A stretch of DNA of 28,213 nucleotides from Microcoleus sp. (GCA_042408215.1 JAYFMW010000004.1:1-28213); one strand, 5' to 3'. Shown: positions 1 to 8,414, counted from the stretch's first letter. Notes: a model not told the origin generated them from the sequence alone. Numbers and translations: made by a program.

Positions 1-1
1 T

Positions 2-154
2 CGCCCTGAGATTCAAAAATCTGTCCCGGCCGTCGCAGATTTTCCTGAACCAAGTGACTTACTCAACCAGTTGAGGACGCGGCGCAAAAAGTCGCGGGCG
101 GACTTGGCGGATGTAGAGGTAGTTTTGGAAATACTCAGCTACCCAGAAGAGTAG
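2..154 (+). CDS. 3' end of a hypothetical protein (5'-truncated by window edge)
   Basis: Open frame from base 2 to TAG 152-154: RPEIQKSVPAVADFPEPSDLLNQLRTRRKKSRADLADVEVVLEILSYPEE*. It resembles a C-terminal 'LLNQLKxRRKKSKADLADVE' motif I recall from Oscillatoriales hypothetical proteins. Confidence 0.55.
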   Translation, partial: RPEIQKSVPAVADFPEPSDLLNQLRTRRKKSRADLADVEVVLEILSYPEE

Positions 155-238
155 GACTGAGCGAAAGATGAGCGGAAAACAGAACTTTTGGTGAGTCAAT
201 GAATCTGAAACTATTGACTCACAAAGGATGGAATAGTA

Positions 239-323
239 TGGGGGTGGAGGGACTTGAACCCACACGACCGTTTCGGGTCAACGGATTTTAAGTCCGTAGC
301 GTCTACCATTCCGCCACACCCCC
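239..323 (-). tRNA. trnL: tRNA-Leu(UAA), intron-less, CCA not encoded
   Basis: Reverse complement GGGGGTGTGGCGGAATGGTAGACGCTACGGACTTAAAATCCGTTGACCCGAAACGGTCGTGTGGGTTCAAGTCCCTCCACCCCCA folds into a cloverleaf: 7-bp acceptor stem, anticodon loop CUUAAAA, long variable arm, GGTTCAAGTCC T-arm. Confidence 0.97.
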
Positions 324-534
324 CTGATTTAAGTCACTGTAGCAGGATTACTCCCCAACAGACAACCACAAGTTTATACAATACAACCAAAACCCCAATT
401 TACGCAACCCCTAATCGAAAATTTCTTAAAAACCGCGCTGCACGCCCCCTAAGCGGTACAATAATCTTTCAGTATGTCGGGCTCAGAGCCCCTGTCCCAC
501 TTACCGCGTGTAATTATTCCCCTAAAGCAAATCT

Positions 535-750
535 ATGTATATTACCCTACTGCTGTACGCCGTCTTGGCGGGAGCTTATCTCCTGGTAGTACCCGCAGCT
601 ACCTACGCCTACCTCAACAGCCGCTGGTACATTGCTACCTCTTTTGAGCGCGCGTTCATGTACTTCTTGATGTTTTTCTTCTTCCCAGGTATGTTTCTCC
701 TAGCTCCCTTTTTAAATTTTCGCCCCAAACGGCGGCAGATAGAAGCCTAA
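535..750 (+). CDS. ndhL: NAD(P)H-quinone oxidoreductase (NDH-1) subunit L
   Basis: 71 aa, two hydrophobic segments, RWYxxxSFERxFMYFLxFFFFPG and NFRP motifs; typical ndhL-DUF3007-trpA order. Confidence 0.93.
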   Translation: MYITLLLYAVLAGAYLLVVPAATYAYLNSRWYIATSFERAFMYFLMFFFFPGMFLLAPFLNFRPKRRQIEA

Positions 751-1056
751 ATGCGACGTATTGACGTAATTGCAATCACTCTCGGCGTCTTTGTGGCTGG
801 TGGGTTGGCCTACTTGTTGCTGCAATTCGCCGGACTCGACAGCATGAATGCAGGTATCTGGAGTCAATTATTTTTGATCGCAGGCTTAATTGGCTGGCTG
901 GCTACCTATTTATTTCGAGCTGTTACTCAAAATATGACTTACAGCCAGCAACTGAAAGACTACGAAGATGCAGTCTTGCAGAAGCGACTCGATGAACTCA
1001 CTCCTGAAGAATTGGCAAAAATTCAAGCCGAAATTGAGCAGGAAAAAAATAATTAG
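751..1056 (+). CDS. DUF3007 family membrane protein
   Basis: MRRIDVI start, two TM segments, 'MTYxQQLxDYEDAVLQKRLxELTPEEL' C-terminus; abuts the ndhL stop. Confidence 0.88.
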   Translation: MRRIDVIAITLGVFVAGGLAYLLLQFAGLDSMNAGIWSQLFLIAGLIGWLATYLFRAVTQNMTYSQQLKDYEDAVLQKRLDELTPEELAKIQAEIEQEKNN

Positions 1057-1219
1057 TTATTAGTCAGTAGTCATTAGTCATTAGTCATTAGTTATTAGCA
1101 ATAAACTGTGAAATAATGACTGCGTACTAAAAACTAAGGAAGATGAATATTGACCGCAAAGTAATGATTGCTGACTAATGACTAATGCCCAATGCCCAAT
1201 GCCCAATGACTAATAACTA
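1053..1219. repeat. Pair of oppositely oriented heptamer STRR tracts (TTAGTCA)n / (TGACTAA, TGCCCAA)n
   Basis: ttagttattagtcagtagtcattagtcattagtcattagttattag at ~1053-1098; tgactaatgactaatgcccaatgcccaatgcccaatgactaataactaa at ~1172-1219. Confidence 0.85.
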
Positions 1220-2020
1220 ATGAGTATTTCTAATTGTTTTGAAAGCTTGCGAAAGACCAACCAGTGTGCATTAATCCCTTTTATTACGGCGGGCGACCCC
1301 GACTTGGAGACAACGGCTAAAGCACTGCAAATTTTGGATGACAACGGTGCTGACGCGATCGAACTTGGTGTTCCCTATTCAGACCCCCTGGCTGACGGCC
1401 CAGTCATTCAAGCCGCTGCTACCAGGGCTTTGCAGCGGGGAACTCGCTTAGACGACGTGCTGGAAATGGTAGCGAAAGTTAGTCCGAATTTGCGATCGCC
1501 CATTATTCTGTTCACCTACTACAACCCGATTTTGTATCGAGGTATAGAAACCTTTTTGCAGCAAATCAAAAGTGCCGGTGTCCAGGGATTAGTTGTACCA
1601 GACTTGCCATTAGAAGAAGCCGAAAGTCTGATGGAACCAGCCAACAAATTAGGCATTGAACTAACATTATTAGTTGCTCCGACAAGTCCCAAAAGTCGCA
1701 TAGAAGCTATTGCTAAGCAGTCTCAAGGATTTATTTACTTAGTCAGCGTGACAGGGGTGACAGGAGTGCGCGAGGGCTTAGAAACGCGAGCCAAAGAGTT
1801 ACTGCAAGAACTTCGCAGCGTCACCGACAAACCCATCGGCATCGGTTTTGGTATCTCGACACCCGAACACGCTCGTCAAGTGAAAGAATGGGGTGCAGAT
1901 GCTGCTATTGTGGGCAGTGCTTTTGTTAAACGCTTAGCTGATGGCACTCCAGAACAGGGTTTAGAATCTATTGGCCAATTCTGCAAGAGTCTCAAAGCAG
2001 CAATTCAAAATAGCTGGTAA
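1220..2020 (+). CDS. trpA: Tryptophan synthase alpha subunit
   Basis: [42 protein letters not shown] and AIVGSA motifs. The last codons (S-W-stop) are supplied by the inserted IS end. Confidence 0.97.
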   Translation: MSISNCFESLRKTNQCALIPFITAGDPDLETTAKALQILDDNGADAIELGVPYSDPLADGPVIQAAATRALQRGTRLDDVLEMVAKVSPNLRSPIILFTYYNPILYRGIETFLQQIKSAGVQGLVVPDLPLEEAESLMEPANKLGIELTLLVAPTSPKSRIEAIAKQSQGFIYLVSVTGVTGVREGLETRAKELLQELRSVTDKPIGIGFGISTPEHARQVKEWGADAAIVGSAFVKRLADGTPEQGLESIGQFCKSLKAAIQNSW

Positions 2021-3421
2021 AAGTATAGTCATCTATTACATGACATGGGAGGCGTTGAATCCCTCCCCTTTCTTTTTTACTTCGAGCGGATTCAACCGCC
2101 TCGGCTGAACTACGCAGCTCTCTATCCCATCGCACAAGGCATTTGGGATTGCTTTTCTCAATATATTGTAAGACCCGTTAACATCAGCATTAATCAATCT
2201 ACCCCTCGATGTTTTGTACAATCCTCTCTTAATTCGTTGGCCACTCAATGTGACATCCAGGGCACCAATACTCCCGTATACAGGAATTGGATCTAAATTC
2301 AGAAAACTGGATTGAGAAGTATATGATTCTTCCTGTACAATCACTTTTATTCCAACCAATACAGCCTTATATTCCAACATCTCAATCAATCGAGCATGAG
2401 GAACTGTTACGAAGTTCTGATTAGTTTGTTTACCCAAATTAATCTGGTTTTTCCATTGTACATTTTTGCCAATTACCAGAGTCCCAATCTTTCGTTCTAT
2501 TAGAAGATTGATGATAAACCGACTGGTGTGGTGCAAGTAATTATCGACTTTTTGATTACGACAACGAGTGAGGCACCCAAGTCGAGATGATGTTTTGCGA
2601 CTTCCTTTTAGCTGAGATTGTAGATGGGCTTTGCGCTTGTTGTAAAACTGATTAATTGATTTCAATGGTCGCCCGTTAATCAGTAAAGGGACAAATACCG
2701 GCTGATTTGAAGTTAACGCCACTAAATTATTTAGCCCTAAATCAATACTAGCTACTAATTCTTTCTGATTTTCATCAATGGTGGACTCCGGCTCATCATA
2801 AATTACCTCAATTACATAAGAATCACACTTAGGAACTAACCTAACTTGGCAAATTTGCTCTGGTTTTACCTTGGTCTTAATCAAGATGTTAGTCCCGGAC
2901 AGATGAATAATTCCTTTCTTTAGTTGCTTGCTACTAATCGCCTGAATCGTATAAACGAGAATGTTTCGCCCTTTGACTTTATCTTTGTACTTCGGTAACT
3001 TCGGGCGACCCGTGAATCTCGCTGACTCAATATTGTAAGCTTTAACGGCTTCAAAAAATGATTTCCAATTCTTGTCCAGTATCATCAAGATTTGTTGACT
3101 TACCTTGGCTGGTAACGCCTTATATGCTGGATGAGATTTCATCAAACGGTTCATTTTGTTGTAATTAATATAACCCCATCCATAGACAAAACTCTGACGA
3201 ATAACGTAGTTAGCGACGTTGTAGAGATTTTTGGATTTAAAGGCTAATCCGTCAATTTCAACAAAACGATTCTCGGTGGATTTAATGATATGTCTTTCTG
3301 CTAGTTGCATTCAGACTCTCCATTTTTTAACAATCGCAATAATTATCTCAGTTGAGCCTTCTGACTATATGATACTACCATTGCTTACTACTGCTTACAA
3401 ACTTAATAAAGTTTTATAATA
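2009..3421 (-). mobile_element. Non-autonomous IS607-like (IS200/IS605/IS607 superfamily) element carrying only tnpB
   Basis: AATA (TATT on the element strand) at both ends (2009-2012, 3418-3421). Both ends are independently delimited by homology with the mini copy at 20695-20956. Removing the element restores trpA ...CAA AAT ACT TAG. No tnpA between the left end and the tnpB ATG. Left end has repeated TAAG(C/T) units. Confidence 0.85.
2036..3310 (-). CDS. tnpB: RNA-guided endonuclease TnpB (rearranged RuvC type)
   Basis: 424 aa; MQLAERHII start, SKNLYNxANY, PKLPKYK, RuvC-I SIDLGLNN, LVIGKN with the alternative glutamate motif QEESYTS, RuvC-III NADVNGSYNI; GGAGAG SD upstream. Confidence 0.93.
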   Translation of the reverse strand: MQLAERHIIKSTENRFVEIDGLAFKSKNLYNVANYVIRQSFVYGWGYINYNKMNRLMKSHPAYKALPAKVSQQILMILDKNWKSFFEAVKAYNIESARFTGRPKLPKYKDKVKGRNILVYTIQAISSKQLKKGIIHLSGTNILIKTKVKPEQICQVRLVPKCDSYVIEVIYDEPESTIDENQKELVASIDLGLNNLVALTSNQPVFVPLLINGRPLKSINQFYNKRKAHLQSQLKGSRKTSSRLGCLTRCRNQKVDNYLHHTSRFIINLLIERKIGTLVIGKNVQWKNQINLGKQTNQNFVTVPHARLIEMLEYKAVLVGIKVIVQEESYTSQSSFLNLDPIPVYGSIGALDVTLSGQRIKRGLYKTSRGRLINADVNGSYNILRKAIPNALCDGIESCVVQPRRLNPLEVKKKGEGFNASHVM

Positions 3422-3520
3422 CTTAGCAGCGGTGCAGGTAATTTCTGCCATTAGATAGATGCGTGCGTGCGTGCGATCGATATTGTGATAATTTCCGTTA
3501 AAGACATTGTTGTACTTGAG

Positions 3521-3999
3521 GTCAGGAACCCCGCCCTTAAGGGACGGGGCTTGCAAGAGTAATCAAGCAAGTCGTTCTGACCAGCTATCGCCTTCACTGG
3601 CTACGTTTTTTGAGTCACGACACTCCTTGAATGCGACGCTAGTTTTCCGCTCTGTCATCTGCAATTAAACAGTTTTAAGGTAACATAAACAGTGTTGCAG
3701 GTTTAAAAAGCACGCCAAACAAAGGCGCGCGCGAACTTTACCCGAAAGGGATTGGAGACAACCATATCTCCGAAGGAGGGGCAACCATACCCCTGGGCCT
3801 CGAAAGAGGTAGGCAACTAATTTTTTAAATCAAACAAAGCCATCCTAAAAAGTGATGCACTGAGCGAAACCGAAGTGATGGGGTTTGAAACCAATTTTCT
3901 GATAGATTTTGAAAATATTTATGGGATGCTAAAGCATCCCGTATCGTTTTTCCTCCCTAGGCTCAAGCCACTGGGTTTCCAATCTCCCGTGAGGCCTTT
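3521..3999 (+). ncRNA. HEARO/IscB-type omega-RNA scaffold in a small iscB-less element
   Basis: Starts GTCAGGAACCCCG..hairpin..CGGGGCTTG, then GACCAGCT, CTACGTT, GTCACGACAC, CTAGTT..GCTCTGTC, ATTAAACAG, CAGTGT, the ordered motifs of HEARO RNAs. Ends resembling IS200/605 termini at ~3880-3901 and ~3950-3999, the latter followed by ATGA. No ORF inside. Confidence 0.72.
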
Positions 4000-4010
4000 A
4001 TGATACACAT

Positions 4011-4041
4011 CCTTCTGGTTTCTGACCAGAAGGTTTTTTTT
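4011..4041 (+). terminator. Intrinsic terminator
   Basis: CCTTCTGGT-ttctg-ACCAGAAGG 9-bp stem followed by T8. Confidence 0.8.
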
Positions 4042-4302
4042 GAGCCGCGCTAGCTACTAAATATATAGCAACCCGATCGGTTCCAGCGGACGTTTTTAAT
4101 TGCTGAAACCATTGATTTTATTGCCCGATCGCATCGACTTCTGACTTCGGCTATAACTTGCGGAATGTAACTTGAGATAGATGAAGAACTCGTGTTTCTA
4201 TTCGTATACTAAACAAGTCTTCAACTGACTGATTTTGTAATGCTAGCCATCTACATAACCATCAGGCATTTGAGCATCTCACAATAGAAAGGAGCATTTT
4301 TT

Positions 4303-5007
4303 ATGAGCAGAATAACTGCGTTTATGAAAAAAATTCGATTGGGACAAATTTTAACAGTGTTTCTGGCGGGCATTTTAGTATTCGTTAGTACGGCCTGCAA
4401 CCGCGCTGATGTGATAGCAGGAAAGACTTCCGACAAAGTTAGAGAAGAAGTTCCAAGCGAGGCTGTAACTTCGCAATACAAAGGTGGTCAGAACCAATAT
4501 AGCGATGTCGATCCCAGAAATCCAAACATGACAAAAATAGAAGCAAAAGCAAAGATGCTGAAGGATGAAGCACAGCGTCGCATTGATACTAAAGCTAGCA
4601 GCAATGTGGGTGAAAACCTGCGGCGGGTAGCAGACGAAGGGCCTGATAAACTCAACCAAATTGGTCAAAAGGTAAAGGAAGATGTTCGCGCAGCTCAGGG
4701 GAATGCTGAGGAATTTGGCGAAAATACCAAACAAAACATTGCTAATCTCAAAGAGAACACTCGTGAAGCTGTGAAGGGAGCAAAAGAGATTGCTTCTGAA
4801 GCTGGCGAGGGAGCAAAAGAAAGAGCAGCAGAGGTAACAGATTCGCTGAAATATAACCTCAGCCAAGGCAAAGAAAATGTCAAAGATGCTGCGCGAGCCG
4901 TAAAATATAATGCTGAAGATGCTTCGGACAAGGTTCGCTCTCAAGTCAATCGAGATATTGACAAAACTCAGCGAGCCGCAGAGAGAGCAGTTGATGCTAT
5001 CCGCTAA
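4303..5007 (+). CDS. LEA-like, highly charged helical putative lipoprotein (DUF6658-like)
   Basis: Basic N-terminus, hydrophobic stretch and STAC lipobox; A/K/E/D-rich repeated helical body; GAAAGGAG SD upstream. Confidence 0.75.
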   Translation: MSRITAFMKKIRLGQILTVFLAGILVFVSTACNRADVIAGKTSDKVREEVPSEAVTSQYKGGQNQYSDVDPRNPNMTKIEAKAKMLKDEAQRRIDTKASSNVGENLRRVADEGPDKLNQIGQKVKEDVRAAQGNAEEFGENTKQNIANLKENTREAVKGAKEIASEAGEGAKERAAEVTDSLKYNLSQGKENVKDAARAVKYNAEDASDKVRSQVNRDIDKTQRAAERAVDAIR

Positions 5008-5036
5008 GTAAGCCCACTTAAAAAAACAGAATACCG

Positions 5037-5069
5037 AGATACCCGACTTCTTTAATAAGTCGGGTATCT
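5037..5069. terminator. REP-like hairpin between convergent genes
   Basis: AGATACCCGACTT-ctttaat-AAGTCGGGTATCT, perfect 13-bp stem. Confidence 0.7.
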
Positions 5070-5095
5070 AACGCGCGATCGCATTTTACGTTTAA

Positions 5096-5431
5096 TCAGA
5101 TTGAGAAAGGCAAAATCAACTTTAACACCTGTCCAATAGATACCTCATGCTTGTGCGTCGCTACCACCACCGCACCATCCAATCGCGGATCGTAACATCC
5201 AACCCAAGCAGCGGGATGACATTCGTGGACTAAATATCCATACAGCCAAATCGCGCCTCTACCTTCAATGACAATACCTTGACTGAATTGAACATCTTCA
5301 GGAAGTTTCAAACCTTGTAAATCGTCCGGTGTAATAATACCGTCCTGAGTTGTAATTCGCAAACGCAAATGTTGGTAAGCTAAACCGTCTTGAGTTTGAT
5401 GGGGAATTATTTTTAATTCAATGGGGTTCAT
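5096..5431 (-). CDS. csx3: CRISPR-associated ring nuclease Crn3/Csx3 (stand-alone)
   Basis: 111 aa; GIVIEGRGAIWLYGYLVHECH, YDPRLDGAVVVATH, matching the Csx3 motif pattern including the conserved His, Asp-Pro-Arg and distal His. Confidence 0.88.
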   Translation of the reverse strand: MNPIELKIIPHQTQDGLAYQHLRLRITTQDGIITPDDLQGLKLPEDVQFSQGIVIEGRGAIWLYGYLVHECHPAAWVGCYDPRLDGAVVVATHKHEVSIGQVLKLILPFSI

Positions 5432-5525
5432 TTAGATGCACAAATTTTTAATATTGTGATAAAATTATACAGCATATTCCAGGTTCATGAAGTACAGTAG
5501 CAGCTATATTGTGTGGTGTTAGTTT

Positions 5526-5591
5526 GTAGGGTGCGTCGCTTGCTATATCTTGGATAGAACTTGCTTCGTGACGGGTGGCGACGCACCTTAC
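5526..5591. repeat. GTAG-type REP element
   Basis: GTAGGGTGCGTCGC...GCGACGCACCTTAC inverted arms; related copy GTAAGGTGCGCCGAGGCGCACCCTAC at ~17797-17822. Confidence 0.7.
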
Positions 5592-5643
5592 TTGCTAGAA
5601 GATTGTGTGTACCACATATAAATGGAATATGCTTTAGATCTTT

Positions 5644-6573
5644 TTATGGTAAATTGGGAATGCGATCGCCCACTTTCAACTCCAATTGGGCCGCCCTTCC
5701 TCCTCGGAGTTCAATCACTCCGTCAACGGGAACATCCGGGCCGTAGTTGGGGCAGTTTTCGCTCAAACAGGGCGGCACGTTGGGAATTATCGCTTGCACA
5801 ACTCCCTCCCGTACAAAAATCATATCGAGTTCAATCAACACATTTCTCATCCAAAAACGCACATTTCGCGCCGGTTCGATGGGGAACAACATTCCCCTGT
5901 CTTCCGGCAATTCTGTGCGAAACATTAAACCAATTTCTTGTTCTTGGGGAGTCCGCGCCACTTCCAATCCGATCGCGCGATCGCCGATGTTAGTATTAAC
6001 AGCAACTGGCAAAATTTGACCCATGTCAGTACCGCCAAACAGCGATATAAAGTTGGATTCCGACAAATTAGCGATTCCCGAAAAAACTCCTAAATATTTG
6101 CCCGTATTTTGCTCTTTCATAACAGTTTGGTTATCGGAAATAGAGATATCTAAGTCGCTAAACTTCATGCCATATGTCAAGACAATTTTATCATTTCCGT
6201 TGCCAAAATCTGTAATTATATCGGCTCGATCGAGACTCGATGCAGCAGCGGTTCTTTCAATCACAAATAAGTCATCGCCCGCACCACCTGTCAAGATATC
6301 TTTGCCTTCGCCGCCTATTAGCAAATCTTGACCCCGATCGCCATTAATGACATCATCTCCTTGTCCTCCATAGATTGTATCGCTTCCCTGTCCTCCAGCG
6401 AGGGTATCAGCGCCCTCATTTCCGGCGAGCAAATCATTTTCCCGATCGCCAAAAATCAGGTCATTTCCCCCCAAACCTTGAATTGTGTCATTACCCGCAA
6501 ATCCTCTAATTAGATCGCTGTTGGGACTTCCCAGGAGAAAATCAAAGCCGAAAGTACCATCTATGTTAACCAT
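5644..6573 (-). CDS. RTX/hemolysin-type Ca-binding repeat protein fused to a C-terminal DUF192 domain
   Basis: N-half has GGxGxDxL nonapeptides and the DxITDFxxGxDKI cap; C-half LEVARTPQEQEIGLMFR..GMLF..FWMRN..LDMIF..VPPC..CPxYG..VIELRGG is DUF192. Confidence 0.85.
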   Translation of the reverse strand: MVNIDGTFGFDFLLGSPNSDLIRGFAGNDTIQGLGGNDLIFGDRENDLLAGNEGADTLAGGQGSDTIYGGQGDDVINGDRGQDLLIGGEGKDILTGGAGDDLFVIERTAAASSLDRADIITDFGNGNDKIVLTYGMKFSDLDISISDNQTVMKEQNTGKYLGVFSGIANLSESNFISLFGGTDMGQILPVAVNTNIGDRAIGLEVARTPQEQEIGLMFRTELPEDRGMLFPIEPARNVRFWMRNVLIELDMIFVREGVVQAIIPNVPPCLSENCPNYGPDVPVDGVIELRGGRAAQLELKVGDRIPNLP

Positions 6574-6580
6574 TTTCTAT

Positions 6581-8341
6581 TTAATAAAAGGAAGCTTTGG
6601 CGATCGGCATTCGCCAACCGGTACCAAAAGCGCGATCGCTAATTTTCAAACCAGGAGGCGCTTGTCGCCGTTTAAATTCCGCCTGTCTCACTAATTTTAC
6701 TATCCGCGCAACCACCGCTTCATCATGTCCCGCCGCCACAATTTGTTGAACAGATTCGTGATTTTCGATCGAGCGCTGTAAGATGTCATCCAAAACATCA
6801 TAAGGAGGCAAAGAATCTTGGTCAATTTGCCCAGGTTTCAGTTCAGCACTAGGCGCTTTACTAATAATATTAACCGGAATTATCTCGTTAATAGGCTCTG
6901 TCTGGTAACGCAGATCTAGAGGCTCTGCCTCATCTTTACCCCGATCGATCCCCCCAGCATTCAGCCACCGACAAAGGGAATAAACGCGAGTTTTCGGTAC
7001 ATCGGAAATCACCGCCAATCCGCCATTCATATCGCCGTAGAGAGTGCAGTAACCCACCGCCATTTCCGATTTATTGCCAGTTGAAAGCAGTAAATGTCCG
7101 AACTTATTAGAAATTGCCATCAACAAATTGCCACGAATTCGGGATTGAATATTTTCCTCAGCAATCCCAAAAGTTGTATCGACAAACAAATCGGCCAAAG
7201 TGCGATCGTAGGTTTTCATCAAATCGGCGATCGGCAAAATCTGAGTAGCAATCCCCAGATTTTTCGCTAATTCCAAAGCATCATTAACAGAATGATCCGA
7301 ACTGTAGGGAGAAGGCATGAGTACGCCCAAGACATTTTCTGGTCCGATCGCCCAACTGGCGATCGCAGCCACCAAAGCCGAATCAATCCCGCCGCTCAAA
7401 CCCAGTACAACCTTAGAAAAACCGCACTTACGAACATAATCTCGCACCCCTAAAACCAGAGCTCCCCAAATTTCTGCATCCCCAACCTGCGGAGCAAATT
7501 TTAACTGTGCAGGGTTAATTTCTGCTTGATTTTGCGAGGTAATGCCAATTAAATCTTGTTTAGCTTCATCATATTCCAGCACCCCAAAATCTGTTTCAAA
7601 AGAAGCTAGAACCTGAATTAATTCACCCTTGCGGTTCACAGCAAAACTGCTACCATCAAAAATTATATCATCATTTCCCCCTACCTGATTAGCATAAATA
7701 ATCGGTATACCTGAGCGAATTACGCTGTGTTGCAACATAGCCGATCGCACTCCCCGCTTTCCCGCAGCATAAGGCGATGCCGACAAATTCACCACTAAAT
7801 CTACACCCAAGGAAGCCAAATCCGAAAAAGGCTCACCAGCGTAACTGCGTTTCCCCCAAAAATCCTCATTGTTCCACAAATCCTCGCAGATAGTAACACC
7901 GATCTTTATGTTACCCAATTTAAAATAATTGCTGTTTGCTCCCGGTTCAAAATATCTGTCTTCATCAAATACGTCATAAGTAGGCAACAAGCGTTTATGA
8001 AAAATTTGTTTAACAGTGCCATTTGACAACAAAGCAGCGCTGTTAAACAAAGATCTTCCGCCTTTTTTGCCAGCATTAGCATTGGGTATTGCAGTGCCGA
8101 CTATTACTGCCAAATCCCCAGGCAAATTTTGCGCCAATTGCTGCAACTGTTCGCCTGCTGCTGTAATGAAACTGGGGTTCATCAACAAATCCCGTGGCGG
8201 ATAACCGAGCAGAGAAAGTTCCGGTGTTAGCAATAAGTTTGCGCCCTCACCCGCAGCCTTTTTCGCAGCCGTGAGAATCAACTTGGAATTGCCAAAGATA
8301 TCACCAACAGTAGGATTGAGTTGTGCGATCGCAATTTTCAT
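6581..8341 (-). CDS. nadE: Glutamine-dependent NAD+ synthetase
   Basis: N-terminal nitrilase domain (TPELS, HKRLLP, ICEDLW triad E/K/C); synthetase domain SGGIDS, ENIQSRIRG, TGNKSE, PSAEL, EFKRRQAPPG. Confidence 0.96.
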   Translation of the reverse strand: MKIAIAQLNPTVGDIFGNSKLILTAAKKAAGEGANLLLTPELSLLGYPPRDLLMNPSFITAAGEQLQQLAQNLPGDLAVIVGTAIPNANAGKKGGRSLFNSAALLSNGTVKQIFHKRLLPTYDVFDEDRYFEPGANSNYFKLGNIKIGVTICEDLWNNEDFWGKRSYAGEPFSDLASLGVDLVVNLSASPYAAGKRGVRSAMLQHSVIRSGIPIIYANQVGGNDDIIFDGSSFAVNRKGELIQVLASFETDFGVLEYDEAKQDLIGITSQNQAEINPAQLKFAPQVGDAEIWGALVLGVRDYVRKCGFSKVVLGLSGGIDSALVAAIASWAIGPENVLGVLMPSPYSSDHSVNDALELAKNLGIATQILPIADLMKTYDRTLADLFVDTTFGIAEENIQSRIRGNLLMAISNKFGHLLLSTGNKSEMAVGYCTLYGDMNGGLAVISDVPKTRVYSLCRWLNAGGIDRGKDEAEPLDLRYQTEPINEIIPVNIISKAPSAELKPGQIDQDSLPPYDVLDDILQRSIENHESVQQIVAAGHDEAVVARIVKLVRQAEFKRRQAPPGLKISDRAFGTGWRMPIAKASFY

Positions 8342-8414
8342 ATTACCAAATTACCAAATTACCTAAGAAATTTTGCAAATAGTCCGCCAGCGCGGACTAC
8401 AGTTCGTTTAGTAT

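Noticed and set aside
59..589. ORFs 59-265(-) and 254-589(+)
   Set aside because: They overlap the tRNA and ndhL and have no protein-like motifs.
4375..4944. 189-aa hydrophobic antisense ORF
   Set aside because: It is the expected antisense shadow of the A/K/E-rich LEA-like gene.
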